The notes: a model not told the origin generated them from the sequence alone. A stretch of DNA of 64,000 nucleotides from Hypanus sabinus (GCF_030144855.1 NC_082706.1:102362001-102426000), one strand, 5' to 3'; shown: positions 23,290 to 36,709, counted from the stretch's first letter. Numbers and translations: made by a program.

Positions 23290-24760
23290 ATTCAATCCTG
23301 GAATCATTTTCATAAAACCTTCTTTGAACCCTCCAGTTTCAGGACATCCTTTCTAGGATAATGGTCCCAAACCTGCTCATAATACTTCAAGTGAGGCCTC
23401 ACCAGTGCTTTATAAAGTCTCAGCATTACATCCTTGCTTTTATATTCTTTTCCTTTTTTCTACCTCTCTCCTTCTTGAAGAGTAGAGTGATATTTCTAAT
23501 TTCCCAGTCTTCCTGAACCATTCCAGAATCTAGAGTTTCATGAAAGATCATTACTGATCTCTTCAGGCACCTCTTTCAGCAACCTGGGGTGTAGTCCATC
23601 TGGTCCAGGTGACTTATCTACCTTCAGTTTCCCAAGCATCTTCTCTCTAGTAATGGTAACTTCATGACCACTAACACCTGGACCTTCCACCAGACTGCTA
23701 GTGCCTTCCACAGTGAAGACTGATGCAGAATATTTGTTCAGTTTGTCTGCCATTGCGTTGCTCCCATTACTACCTCTCCAGCAACATCTGCCTTCACAGC
23801 CTGTCCACTAACTGTTCTGGGACTCTGATTCCCATCCCCCTGCGGTCCTAGTTTAAACCACACCATGCAGCATTAATAAAACGTCCTGCTAGGATATTAG
23901 TCCCACTCTAGTTCATGTGCAAACCTTCCCTTCTGTACAGGTCCCACCTTCCCTGGAAGAGAGCCCAATGATCCAAAAATCTTATGCCAACTCCTTAGAC
24001 ATGTATTAAACTTCCTAGTTTTGGTCTCACTTGCACGTAGCACTGGTAGCAATCCTGAGATCGCAACCCTGGGGGTCCTGTCCTTTAACTTAGCACCTAT
24101 CTCCCTGACTCCCCATGTAGAACCTTGTCACTCTTCCTACCCTTGTCATTGGTATCTACATGGACCACAACTTCTGAATGTTCACCCTCCCATTTAAGAA
24201 TGCTGAGAACCCGGTCTGAAATATCCCAGACCCTGGCACCCAGGAGGCAAAGTACCATCTGGGAATCTCGTTCTCACCTCCAGAGCCTCCTGTCTGTTCC
24301 CCTAACAAGTCCATATCAACACAACGTGCCTCTTCTCCGTCTTCCCTTCAGAGTCGCAGAGACAGACTCAGTGCCGGAGACCTGACCACTGAGACTTTTC
24401 TCTGTTAGGTCAACCCCCTGACAGTATCCAAAGTGATATACCTGTTGTTGAGGGGGATTGCCACAGGGGTGCTCTGCATTGTCTCCTTAACTCCTTTCCC
24501 CTTCCTGACTGTCACCTAGTCTCCTGTGTCCTGTTACTACTTCTCTGTATGTCCTATCCATCACCCCCTCAGCCTCCCGAATGATCCAGAGTTCATCCAG
24601 CTCCAGCTAAAACTCCTTAATGCAGAGTGTTAGAAGCTGCAGCTGGAAGCACTTCTCACAGCTGTAGTTCTGAGAGACACTAGGTGTCTCCCTGCATTCC
24701 CTCATCCGGCAAGAGGAAATTCCACTATCCTGCCTGGCATCTCTACTGTCCTAGCTGAGC
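23290..24760 (-). mobile_element. Internally deleted CR1 (SGNH ORF1 remnant joined to ORF2 pieces)
   Basis: ORF 23538-23753 contains KSPGPDGLHPRLLKE; 23850-24740 is colinear with the ORF1 at 12365-13298. Confidence 0.85.
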
Positions 24761-25269
24761 AGGTATAAAGAACGGAAGGAAAAAAAAATAACCTTGAGCT
24801 TTTCTTTGCTTTCTCATGAGTGCTGAGGGTGAGAATTTTAAAATATCACATTAAACTTTCAAAGGTTTAATTGTGTCTTCGAAAAGCCATGTCTGCGTTC
24901 CTGAAGACTGATCCCTTCACTTGGTGGGGCTTCGAGACAGTCCCGTCTGCAAAGAATGGATTGTGTTCTGTAACCACATTTGACTGAGACTTGTTTGGAT
25001 GCCACATGAAAAGGAGCTGTGGTAGTGATGAGTCTCGACTCAGTCACTCTGCAATGCACACCCACTTCTAGGGGTTACATTTTTGGCCTCACATTTCAGC
25101 CATAGGAATATTGAGCAAGATAAATCTGCCTTATTAAAGAGCATGAGAAGATGAGACTACAGAACTCATTTCTGAAGACATTTTCAGAAGGCACAAAAGA
25201 AGTTGGCGCAAACAAACAATGGGACCAAAGGTGAGATCCTTCAGACAGTTCACAATATTGCTCCCTTTG

Positions 25270-25945
25270 CTTCTTCTTTCAGACGTGAATCTGCTGCTAT
25301 TGCAGTCTGTGGCCTACATTTTGATGGCGTGTTTTTGGGCCGATTGAGCAATCTGGCGCTTTGCCGCCTCTGAGGGAGGTTTCGAGCGAAGTGTGTGGCC
25401 TGGAGTCAGAGCACAAGCCCATGGTTGACTCCATTTCTCAGGAACTGCACTGATTAAAGTGTCGAGGAAGACTGAAATCAATGAGGACGAGAGTGGAAGA
25501 CGAATAGGTGTACAGCGCCATCTGCCTCAGAGTGGCCAGTTCCTCTCTCACTGAATCCAGGAAGTGTCTGCATTCTATTGGCCTCTCTCTCCCCTCTCGC
25601 TCAGAACTGCTGGAGGAAGATGCTGGAGTCTTTTTGAGGGTAATTTGCACAATTTTGATTGGGGCAGACTGGCTCTACGACCGGTAGTCAACAAACTACA
25701 CAGCACTAGATTGAACTGAAATGAGTTGAAACTGAACATTCCTGGTCTGTTTCATTGGCTCTGTGGTTTGTTGTTTTATATCTGTGTTCTTTGCTTTTTT
25801 TTTGCTGTTTGTGCGATTTGTTCTTTTCCTGCACTTTGGAGGCTTTGATGTTTTGCTTTGTTTCGTGGGTGTCTGTGGGAAGACAAATTTCAGGGTTATA
25901 AACTGCACACACACTTTGATAATAAATGTACTTTGAATCTTTGAT
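25270..25945 (+). mobile_element. Non-autonomous element ending in an L2/Rex-type 3' UTR
   Basis: 3' part is shared with 3843-4030 and 42565-42790; ends in aataaa..tttgaatctttga; GC-rich non-coding 5' part. Confidence 0.6.
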
Positions 25946-26000
25946 TGAAGATTGAAAACATATACCGCCAGGCTCAGAGACAGTCTCTATCCCAGTGTTC

Positions 26001-28859
26001 TAATCAGAATCAGGTTTATTATCACTGGCATGTGTTGTGAAATTTGTTAATTTAGCAGCAGCACTTCAATGCAATACATGATAATGAAGAAAGAAAAAAT
26101 AAATAGGTCAATTACAGTAAGTATATATATGCTAAATAGCTAGATTAAAAATAGTGCAAAAACAGAAATAATATATATAAAAAAGTGAGATAGTGTCCAT
26201 TTAGGAATTGGATTTTCAGAGGGAAAGCCCTTCAATGCAATACATGATAATGAAGATAGAAAAAATAAATAGGTCAATTACAGTAAGTATATATATGCTA
26301 AATAGCTAGATTAAAAATAGTGCAAAAACAGAAATAATATATATAAAAAAGTGAGATAGTGTCCATTTAGGAATTGGATTTTCAGAGGGGAGAAAGCCTT
26401 TCCTCAGTGTGCACCTTCAGGTTTCTGTACCTCCTTCCTGACAGGAACACTGAGAAGAGGGTATGTCCTTAATAAAGAACACCAACTATCTGAGGCACAG
26501 CTCCTAAAAGATGTTTTGAATACTGCAGAGTCAAATACCTAAGATATTAGTGAGCTGACTAATTTTACAACTTTCTGTAGCTTGTTTCGGTCCTGTGCAG
26601 TCGCCTACAAACTTCTCCCCCCATACCAGACAGTGATGCAGCCTGTCAGAATGCTCTTCATGGTACATCTATAGAAGTTTTTGAGTGTTTTAGGTGGCAA
26701 ACCAAATTCCTTTGAACTCCTAATAAAATATAGCTGGGTATGGAGGGATTAGAGCAGTGGGCTAAGCATACACCCTGAGGTGTGCCAGTGTTGAACGTCA
26801 GCAAGGAGGAGATATTATTACCAATCTGCACAGATTGCAGTCCTTCAGTTAGGAAGTCAAGGATACAATTGCAGAGGGATGGACAGAGGCCCAGGTTCTG
26901 TAAGTTATCAATCAGGACTGTGGGAATGATGGTGTTACATACTGAACTATAGTCAATCAACAGCATCCTGACGTAGGTGTTTGTGTTGCCCAGGTGGTCT
27001 AAGGCCATGTGAAGAGCCATTGAGATTGTGTCTGTCGTAGACCTATTGTGGTGATTAGCAGATTGCAGTGGGTCCAGGTCCTTGCTGAGTCAGGAGTTGG
27101 TTCAAGCCATGACCAACCTCACAAATGATCTCATCACTGTATATGTGAGTATTACTGGATGATAGTCATTGTGGCAGCTCACCCTGATCTTCTTGGGCAC
27201 TGGTATGATTGTTGCCTTTTTGAAGCAGGTGGGAACTTCTAACCATAGTAGTAAGAGATTGAAAATATCCTTGAGTGCCAGATGGTTGGCACAAGTTTTC
27301 AGAGCCTTACCAATTACTCCACTGGGGCCTGCTGTCTTGTGAGAGTTCAACCTCTGAAAGACAGCCTGATGTTGGCCTCTGAGACAGAGATCATGGGGTG
27401 GCTATGTACAGCAGGGATCTTCACAGCTGTAGTTGTGTTCTGCCTTTCAAAGCCGGCACAGAAGGCACTGAGCTCACCTGGTAGTGAAGCATCACTGCCA
27501 TTCATGCTATTAGGTTTTGCTTTGTAGAAAGTTATGTCCTGCAAACCCTGCCAGAGTTGACGTGCATCCAGTATCGCCTCCAACCTTGCTTGGAATTGTT
27601 TTCTTGCTCTTGAAATAACCCTCCGCAAGTCATACCTGTTTTTTTTCCTGTACAGATCTGGGTCGCCAGACTTAAACCTCCTGGTTCGTCTACAGCTTTC
27701 GGCTTGGGAATGTACAGCAAGTTTTCGTGGGCACACATTCATCCACGCAGGTTTTAATGAAGTTGGTAACAACTGCAGCATACTCATCCAGATTCAAAGA
27801 TGAATCCCTGAATACAGTCCAGTCTGCCGATTCAAAACAGTCCTGTAGGTGCTCCTGTGCTTCCCTTGTCCAAACCTCCTTGATCCTGACTGCTGGTGCT
27901 GCAGTCTTCAGTCTCTGCCTATACTCAGGGAGTAGAAGTACAGCCAGGCGATCAGACTTCCTGAAGTGAGGGCGTGGAATAACATGGCAGGCATTCTTGA
28001 TGGAAGTGTAACAGCGGCCCAGTGTGTTGTTTCCTCTGGTGATGCAATGATTTGTTGATGGTAATTATTTAGTGACCTTTTTCAAGCTGACCTGGTTAAA
28101 ATCCCCCAAAATGCCAAAATGATGGTGAAGGCATTAGGGTGTGTTGTTTCATGCATGTCGATCCCATTGCTCAGATTATCCGGAGCCTGCTTGACATTGG
28201 CCTGAGGTTGGATGTACCCCACTACCAAAATGATCGCAGAAATGTCCCACAGCAGATAAAATGGATGGTACTTAACTGCTAGATATTCTAGGTCTGGTAA
28301 GCAGAATTGGGACAATACTGATACATTTGTGCACCAAAGGGAGTTGATCATGAGGCATATGCCTCCACCTCTGACTTCTCCACTCGACATCCTATCCTGA
28401 CGGTGCACCATGATCCCGTCAATCTGAATTGCTGCGTCCAGCACAGAAGGGGTTAACCCGGATTCCGTGAAGTAAAGGACACAAGCGGTCCTAACGACAC
28501 TCTGATACAGCTCCCTAGCTCTGAGATCTTCGATTTTATTTACTAGATTCTGTACATTTGCCAGCAAGATAATCGGTTTTTGGAGTTGAGGACCCCATTT
28601 TCTTAAACCCACCTGTATCCCTGATCAGCAGCCATGTTTCCCACGAGGAGTCCAATGAGAAGTATGGCCACAATCAGCATCACTTCCATCGGTTTTAAGC
28701 AGCGACAGATTATTCAATCACATTAAGACATCTTTATTAACTGTACCGACCTTGAAGCCGTTGTGATTCTCAGCTGTGTATCGGGCGGAAACAGGGATAT
28801 TTAATCGTATCCATCGAGCTGGGCTGCACGAGATCCCCTCCAGGCACCCTGGAAGGAAG
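26001..28859 (-). mobile_element. Rex1/Babar-L2-type LINE with 5' end present and RT core deleted
   Basis: Endonuclease: IILLANVQNLVNKIEDLRAR, YFTES. Also KTAGPSG, TCFKKATIIPVPKK, YVRMLLIDYSS and GTPQG. CTGATT-type tail at ~26001-26013. Splits a short host repeat (ctatcccagtgtt|ataagactcttgaatggacc). Confidence 0.92.
26064..26398. repeat. Tandem duplication, 2 x ~166 bp, nearly identical
   Basis: cttcaatgcaatacatg...ttcagaggg..aaagcc starts at both 26064 and 26230. Confidence 0.97.
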
Positions 28860-29404
28860 TATAAGACTCTTGAATGGACCTTCAGTATGTTAAAAAGGAA
28901 CTTGTCTTCACAATCTATCTTGTTGTGGTCTTTGCACCTTATTGTCTAGCTATAAGGCACTTTCCCTGCAACTGCAACACTATATTCTGATTCTGCTTTT
29001 GTTTTACCTTTCTACTACCTTGGTGCACTGATATTTTGACTAAGTTTTCACTGTACTTTTGACCTGATTAAATACCAATTTAATCAGAGGATCTACTAAC
29101 CACTGCATGAAATCCACAGATTGTATATTTTAAATGCCAGTTTTATTCCTGGCTTTTTCTGTAACAAGTTTACCTGATTATTCTTTTCTGGGTTAGTCTA
29201 GGGATGTTTTTGGGTTGGACAGTTCATTGAGTGAACAAGAAGGATCAGAGAATAAGGTAGTTTGAGGCTTGTTTCATACACCTGGCTGTCTCCTTCGTCA
29301 AAGTACGGGGGAAAGGGAGAGGTCTATAGAGCTGGATGTCAGTTCAGCCATAACATTAGCGAATGGCAGAGGAGAATGATCTCTTTCACACTCAGTGGTT
29401 TTCA

Positions 29405-29992
29405 GTAAATACCGTAGTAGGGAAATGAAAGCAGTTGAGTAAGTCAGGGTTGACCATGAACGTTGCGTTCTAGATGTCTAAATACACAAGCCAGGGCATT
29501 ACAATACGGAGAGCAAGCTGTTCCCCATGCAGCAAGCTCCCCCTCTCCATAACCCAAAGACAGCCACAGTTTGACACTGGCAGCATCGCAGGAGTTGCCA
29601 GTCAGCACTGAACTCAACATAGGACTGCCTTAGGGACTCCTGCTCTGGATCTTTTACCTCGAGGTTTACACCCGGAGCCATCCCCATGAGTGGGTAGAGC
29701 CACAAGGCAGCGGAGGATTGAGATCTGAGTTTTCTTTCCCCGGATGAGCTGCCAACTGTGGCTGATAAGCCCCATCTGCCCAAAGCAACTGGTTTTAAGA
29801 TGCCTGTCACCCACCTTTGTCCCTTCTCCTCTCCATAGCAACGTTTCTGCCAGGCTTAGTAGCTGAGCCACACGTGAAGGCCGGGGAGCTGGAATCGGAT
29901 GTCTGGAAGAGACTATTTGAGTCACATGCCATTGGGAACATTTAATTGGAGTTTATGCCCATTACCACCCCCCAGCTATAACAGCCTTAAGG
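29405..29992 (-). mobile_element. RTE-derived non-autonomous element (5' UTR-type sequence)
   Basis: Minus 'ggcagctcatccggggaaagaaaactcagatctcaatcc' resembles the RTE 5' motif GGCAAC..CTAGGAGAAGGAAAACTC. Confidence 0.65.
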
Positions 29993-30764
29993 ACCCAGGT
30001 GAAAAGGCATCATGGGGGTAATAGAGCCTGGACAGGAGGCAGGGCTTGGGAATGATTGGCTATCAACAGCGGAGGTTTACAGGGGGCTGGAGGATCTCAG
30101 ATCTGACCAGCAGAGAGCAGAAATCATCAGGAGTGAAGGAACACAGTCTTCTGTTTGTGTTCTTCAAACAGGCAGTGCCTCCTATAACAGCTCCTCAATA
30201 CTGGAACGGGTGTGCAGTATGGATTCTGGTGCTCAGTCTCCAAAACTGTGAGAGAAACACTTAAACTGAAGACTGTGTCCCTCCTAGTCCTGACTTACTG
30301 AGAATCAATGAATGTAGAAGGGCCCATTCTGTTCTGCCATTCACTAATGTTATGGCTGAACTTTCACCCAGCTCCACAGAACGATCTCTTTCCCCTATAT
30401 TTTGATCAGAAAGACAGCCATGTCAGTGAAACAAGCCTCAAAGTGCTCTCTTCTGTGATTCTTCTGGTTCACTCAGTGGACAAACAGGCCCGATAATGTT
30501 TCTAGTCTACTCCCCAGAATGTTCAGGAGTGGGACTTGAAGTCACAACTCTCTTGGTCAGAGGCAGGAATGAACCCCCAGATCTACAGCCCACGTTGATA
30601 CCATTTGAATTGCATTCCTGAGGGACTGGCCTGGTTAGGTGAGGTTGTATCGCAGAGGCAAGAGGCAGGTCACATTGAACAGGCTCAAGAAGGTCAACTG
30701 CTGCTGCTCTGAAGGCTCAAAGTAAAATATTGGACACACGATTCCAAGCTTACGCTGGGATCCT

Positions 30765-32075
30765 CAAGAGTCTGACTGAATTCTTTGAGGAAGTGACAAA
30801 ACAAATTGATGAACTTGGAGAAGTGGATGTGGCAAATATGAATTTTAACAAGGTGTTTGATCAGCTTTCCCATGGTAAGCTCTTTCAAAAAGTCAGGATG
30901 CCTGGGATCCATGGAAACTTGGCTGTGTGGATTCAGAATTGTCTCACCCACAGAAGGCTGAAGATGGTAGCAGTTGGAGCACATTCTGACCAATGATGCC
31001 CTGCAAGGACCTGTTCTGGGACCTCTGCTTGTTGTGTTTTTTATAAATGGCTTGGCTGAGGAAGTGGAGTATTGAGTTAGTAAGTTTGCCAATGACACAA
31101 AGGTTGGTGGAGTTGTGGATAGTGTCGAAGGTTGTCGTAGGTTACAACAAAGATATTGACAGGATGCACAGGTGGGCTGAGAAGTGGCAGATGGAGTTCA
31201 ATCCTGAAAAGTATGAAGTGATTCACTTTGGAAGGTCAAATTAGAAGGCCGAGTACAGGGTTAATGGCATGATTCTTAGCAGTATGGAGGAACAGACATA
31301 TCTTAAAATCCATATCCATACATCACTCAAAGTTGCCATGCAATTTGATAGGGTTGTTAAGCTGGCATATGATGTGTTGGCCCTCATTAGTTGGGGGATT
31401 GATTAGTTTTTCGTGCAGAGAATGGTGGGTGTGTGGAATGCCGCAGGTGGTGGTTGAGGCAAATATCTTAGGAACACTTAAGAGGCTCTTAGATAGGCAT
31501 ATGGATGAAAACATTGAATTGAATTGACTTTATTACTTACATCGTACATATACACGATAAGTAAAAATATTTATGTTATGTCACTATCCAAGTGTGTAAT
31601 GTGAAATTTATAGTCATTTATAATAAATAGTATGTCAATATAACATAGAAATACAGTTGCGTCAGCATGAATTAATCAGTCTGATGGCCTGGTGGAAGAA
31701 GCTGTCCCGGAGCCTGTTGGTCCTGGCTTTTATGCTGCGGTACCACTTCCCGGATGGTAGCAGCTGGAACAGTTTGTGGTTGGGGTGACATGGGTCCCCA
31801 GTGATCCTTCAGGCCCTTTGTACACACCTGTCTCTGTAAACGTCCTGAATAGTGGGAAGTTCACATCTACAGATGCGCTGGGCTGTCCACACCACTCTTT
31901 GCAGAGTCCTGCGATTGAGGGAGATACAGTTCCCATAGCAGGCAGTGATGCAGCCAGTCAGGATGCTCTCAATTGTGCCCCTATAGAAATGAAGGGCTAT
32001 TTTAGAGGTAAGCACTACATTGATCTAGCAGTAGAAGATCAGAACAACATTGTGGGCTGAAGGGCCTGTGTGCAC
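30765..32075 (+). mobile_element. CR1 RT-3' fragment interrupted by the 31514-31988 insertion
   Basis: LTEFFEEVTK, FNKVFD, WAEKWQMEFNPEK, LKRLLDRHM; the 3' UTR resumes at ~31989. Confidence 0.88.
31514..31988 (-). mobile_element. 5'-truncated Rex1/Babar-type LINE
   Basis: FYRGTIESILTGCITACYGNC; ttgaa-repeat tail on +. Confidence 0.9.
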
Positions 32076-32169
32076 AGAGAAGACAAAGATACAACACAAA
32101 AGCAAATTGAGAGAAAGTGATTGACTTGTACATGGTCATGATTAGGATTTGATTGGCCTTGGTCAGGTT

Positions 32170-32610
32170 GGGCCAGGGTAGGACTGGGAGTGGTTAGCTC
32201 GAGTGCATTTTGTGGATGTACACACTCCAGTGCTGTGCACTGGTAGTGGAGGGAATGAATATTCAGGATGGTGGATGGGATGCGTTAGACAGGTCCTTTG
32301 CTCTGTGGATAGCGTCAAGCTTCTTGGGAGGTGCTGGAGCTGCAGTCGTACAGAGAAGCGGAGACTGCTCTATAATTGTGCCTTGTAAGATGGTGGCAAT
32401 GCCTTGGGGTGTCCTGAGATGAGTCACATGCTGCAGGATACTGAACCCTTGTAACCGTGGTGTTTATGTACCTAGTCACGTTGAGATGCTGGTCGATGGT
32501 GTAAGTTGCTTGTCATGTATCAGCCCATGCCCGAGTGCTGGTCAGATCTTGCTGTACGTAGGCGTGGGTGCTTCGCTTGCATCTGGATTTGAGCATTGTG
32601 TAACTTACAA
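32170..32610 (-). mobile_element. Old non-LTR retrotransposon remnant (CR1/L2 group)
   Basis: Resembles the reverse complement of an RT C-terminal region common in elasmobranch genomes; recognised from memory only. Confidence 0.45.
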
Positions 32611-34779
32611 TGAACAATCAATCAACCCACAAACCATTTTTGAAGGATTTTGAAGGATCATTGCAAATCCTCCATTTCAAGCCTTTTTCTGACCTTTGTC
32701 TCCTGCTCATCTGCCGGTCCCAGTTTGGAAGATATTCGCAGCTACGGCTCCTTGTCCTTCTTCTCAGTCCTAAAAGGCAAACAAGTCATTTTGTGACCCA
32801 CCTCTACTTAGCAGCACGTTCAGAATTTGCACTCCCCACCACCCTGCAAACCTTCAGGAATTTAATTTCTGTCAGTGTGATCATCTCACAATGCCCAAGT
32901 TCCAGAAAGTGCAGGCCCCGCCTACTAAATCACTTTCCACTGAACCTCCAACAAATACAACTTCCACTTAGGTCGTAGCCTTGGAAACGATTAACAAATA
33001 GAATTTTGGCTCAGCGATAGGACAATTGGACACTGTACTTTGCCCATAGTGTATAGATTGGGACAATTTAGTGGGAATTAATGGGGATGTGGGAAGAATA
33101 AAATGAGATTAGTATAAATGGGTTAGCCCAGACTAGTTTCTATGTTGTTTCTCTCTATGAGGGAGATTTCAACATTGAGACACTTAATGTATAAGAGTGG
33201 TTGGTTTGAAGATGTGTTTTAGAGGAGGACAGATAGAGGTGAGGAGGTCTAGGAGGGAGCTGTGGAGTTCAGGAGCACTGGTGAAGTGAAGCAAAGATGT
33301 TAGTGAAACACACAGATATGGGAAGGCTTCACTGTGCAGGGAGTTTACTGATATTAGAAGGCCAGGGAAAGGGATTTGAAAAGAAGAGTGATAACATTAA
33401 AGTCGAATTACTGGTTATCTTGAGGTCAGGGGCGGTGTGTGAAAGGGACCTGGTGGGAGTTAGGATAACAGTAGCAGAGCTTAGGAAAACAGAAAGTAGA
33501 AACAACGAGTCCTCCTGAGAACCAGATTGGGCTGCCATGGGCACAGTGGGCCAAATGGCCATCCTGTCATGCTACATCACTGTATATAGATCTATGGCAG
33601 TAATATCCCACATGCTGTAATTAGCTTGGCTAGGAATCCAGCAGGATTGTTAATGAAAATAGAGGCAAACAAAGGCGATTCTTATTAAGAAATTGGAATA
33701 TTTATAATGGATTAGGCCCAGATGGCCGGCATTCAAATTTACAAGAGGAAGTGAAAGAGGAAGTCAGGGAGCTCTGGATAAAATCCTGTGCAGTTTATTG
33801 AAAGCAGGGAGACTGGAATGAAACAATGTGATCCTGACCTTGGTGGAAGCTCGGGAAGGCAGACTCCGAGTGTTACAGCTTGACACTAAGGTTTGAAAGA
33901 ACAATTACACCTCCCTCAGCTTATTGATAAATCAATTTAGCTGGCACAGTAAGATAAGAAGGATGTACGATTGATAACCATCCCTGTATCAGGAATAGAA
34001 AGTGAACTAGAGAACATGGAAACTGGGCCTGTGGTCCTCAAAGCTCATGCTGACCATCAACCCACCCACTTACACTAATCCCACATGTTACTGACACCAC
34101 TTTCTTATCAACTCTTCCAGAATCTACCACCTAGCCACACACTTGGGGAAAGGACCCTCACCACCCAGGGACCTGAAGACCCACATTCAATCTTTAGGAA
34201 CAGCTCCTCCCTTCTGCCAAATCGATTGTGAACCCATAAACACTACCTCACTATTCCTCTTAGCACTGTTTATTCTTTTATTCATTGTAGCTTACTGTAT
34301 TTTTATGTCCTGTCACTAAACAACAAATTTCATGCGACACAGTATGCTGATGTTAATAAACCCAAAAACAACATAACCTCCCAGCTTGCGTGCCTTTGCC
34401 ATGTGGGAGGGAACAGAGGAAGTGGAGACCATGCAGTCACAGTGGACTCCACACGGACAGCACCCGAGGTCAGTTGCTATCACACCCTGATACCATTCCC
34501 TTATGCACAAACCATCAGGGCTAGCAGAACACTAATGGGCAGGAAAGCCCCACCAGGCAAATAAATGCACCTTGTTTGGGCAATGTCCTTGGAAATCTTA
34601 TCCCCCTCCTTTTGCTATTCTCAAAACTATTGTGGAAGTTTAAACGTAACCGGAGGACACAGGTCAGCGGGACTAGTGAAAGAAGCTGAGGTGAGTTGCT
34701 ATCAAAGTTAAAATCCAGTTTATTGTTGTGTACACAAATACATGTGTGCACAGGGACAATGAAAAAATTGACACACAGC

Positions 34780-35085
34780 TGCATCACAGGCTCATCTTGT
34801 TGGCTGTCCGTCATTTCCAACGGTGCCATAACCTGTGCGGGAGGAGTTTGTAGTGAAAAAGCTGTTGCACTGGGGCGGTTCCACTCTCTCAGCCTCAGGA
34901 ATCTGGGTCCACTGGCACAAAAGATCGTCACAACTGGGGACTTCCTTGACTGCAGTGGATAGCCATGATGCATTCTGTACCCTTCATTCTCCATGAATCC
35001 ACGCAGCACCACCTACTTGGCTGTTGGCTCTTGTAGTTGATCTCATCGGCCCAGTCCACCGGAATGGCTTTGCATGCTGGGATAT
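34780..35085 (-). mobile_element. Possible RTE-type 5' fragment
   Basis: GC-rich insert splitting an L2-type tail (gcatcacagg...atatcacaggca). Family assignment is tentative. Confidence 0.35.
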
Positions 35086-35257
35086 ATCACAGGCATCTAG
35101 TATCAAATAAGCAGCATTCTCAAGGAAATAAAACTTTGGTTAAACATAAATACAAATAATTCTTACAAGAAAGAACACAATTAGACCAAAAAACATAAGT
35201 CCTTTCTAGTGCTGAGTGACAATACTGGACAAGGTGTTGCTAAACTGCAGTGATTAT

Positions 35258-35552
35258 TGAATTGAGTTGACTTTATTTCTTACATCCTTCACATACATGA
35301 GTAAAACATCTTTACATTATGTCTCTATCTAAATGTGCAATGTGCAATCATAGTAATTTATAATAAATAGAACAGTCAATGTAATATTGAGTGCACTTGA
35401 GTCAGCATGAGTTGATCAGTCTGATGGCCTGGTGGAAGAAGCTGTCCTGGAGCCTGTTGGTCCTGGCTTTTATGCTGTGGTACCGCTTCCCGGATGGTAG
35501 CAGCTGGAATAGATTGTGGTTGGGATGACTCGGGTCCCCAGTGATCCTTTGC
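35258..35552 (-). mobile_element. Rex1/Babar-type 3' end, same subfamily as 31514-31988
   Basis: Near-identical to 31514-31810. Confidence 0.9.
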
Positions 35553-36709
35553 CAGCTGGTTCAAGAACCCATTGGTTGAAGGGAAGTAGCTGTTCTTGAA
35601 CCTGATGGTGTGATGTGAGACATGCCGTGTAAAGGACGATGGAAGCAGGTTCAATGATGGCTCATGAAAGGGAACTACAAGCAGCCTGCTGGAAGAACTC
35701 AGCCAGTTGAGCAGCATCTGTAGGTGGAGGCGGGGAGTGGGAGGAAGGAATTAATCGATGTTCTGCGTCCAATCCCTACAACAGAACCAAAGAAAAATAC
35801 TGAGGAAAGATTGGTGGCTTTAGTAGTGAGACGTGGTAGGAATGTGGTTGAAGAGTTGGCGAGCATTAGAAACCACAGGAGGGGAGGGGAGCAGTGAGAG
35901 AGGATCTCACAGAACTCCCATTGGAAGGAGGAGGAGAAAAGCTTCCTCAGTGTCAACATACACCTGAAGAGACTCCACCGTGGAGTAGTAAGATGGAGAC
36001 ATAAGAGACTGCAGATGCTGGAACCTGGAGCAGAACACGGTCTGCTGGAGGGAAGTCGAGCGGCTTCAGCGGGGCAAGAAGAATTGCTGACGTTTCAGTC
36101 AAAACCCTGCCTCAGGACCTGTGCCTTCGAAAGACAGACTTATTGAAAAACTCTTTCAAAGGTAGTACAGACAGATTGGGTGGAATGGTCTCTTCTTGTG
36201 CTATAGTGCGCTCTAAACACACCCTTGTTTTACGCTTTAAAGTTAACTGATCTACTTTCTCAGGAAGAGGAATCACACACGCCCAGTAAATCCACAGTTC
36301 ATTTCATGTTCCCAAACGAAGCCAGGAAATGCTGGAAACACACGGCAGTTCTCGCAGTCCTTTTGTTTGGCGGTTCTTCCAAAAAGTTAGAGAGTGTGTT
36401 GAGAATTTCGCTATAAAATGTATCAGATCATCCTGGGCCAGTACCAAAAAGTCTTTCGTCAGCAATAAAATTATACTCCTTGTGATTCTACAATCAGTGC
36501 AGATGTTTATGAAAAATCCATTCTCAAGACCCCAGTGAGTGCTCACAGAAGTTGTCTAATGATGCTTGGAACATGAACTAATTCGAGGTAGTGATCTGAC
36601 ATTTAGGTTGTTCACTCTACCAACAGACCATGGCTGCTAGGAAAGCAAAGTTCAGAACAAAAATTTGGATATATGCCTGCTATTACTAGAGGTCATCTCT
36701 TTTTTTTTG

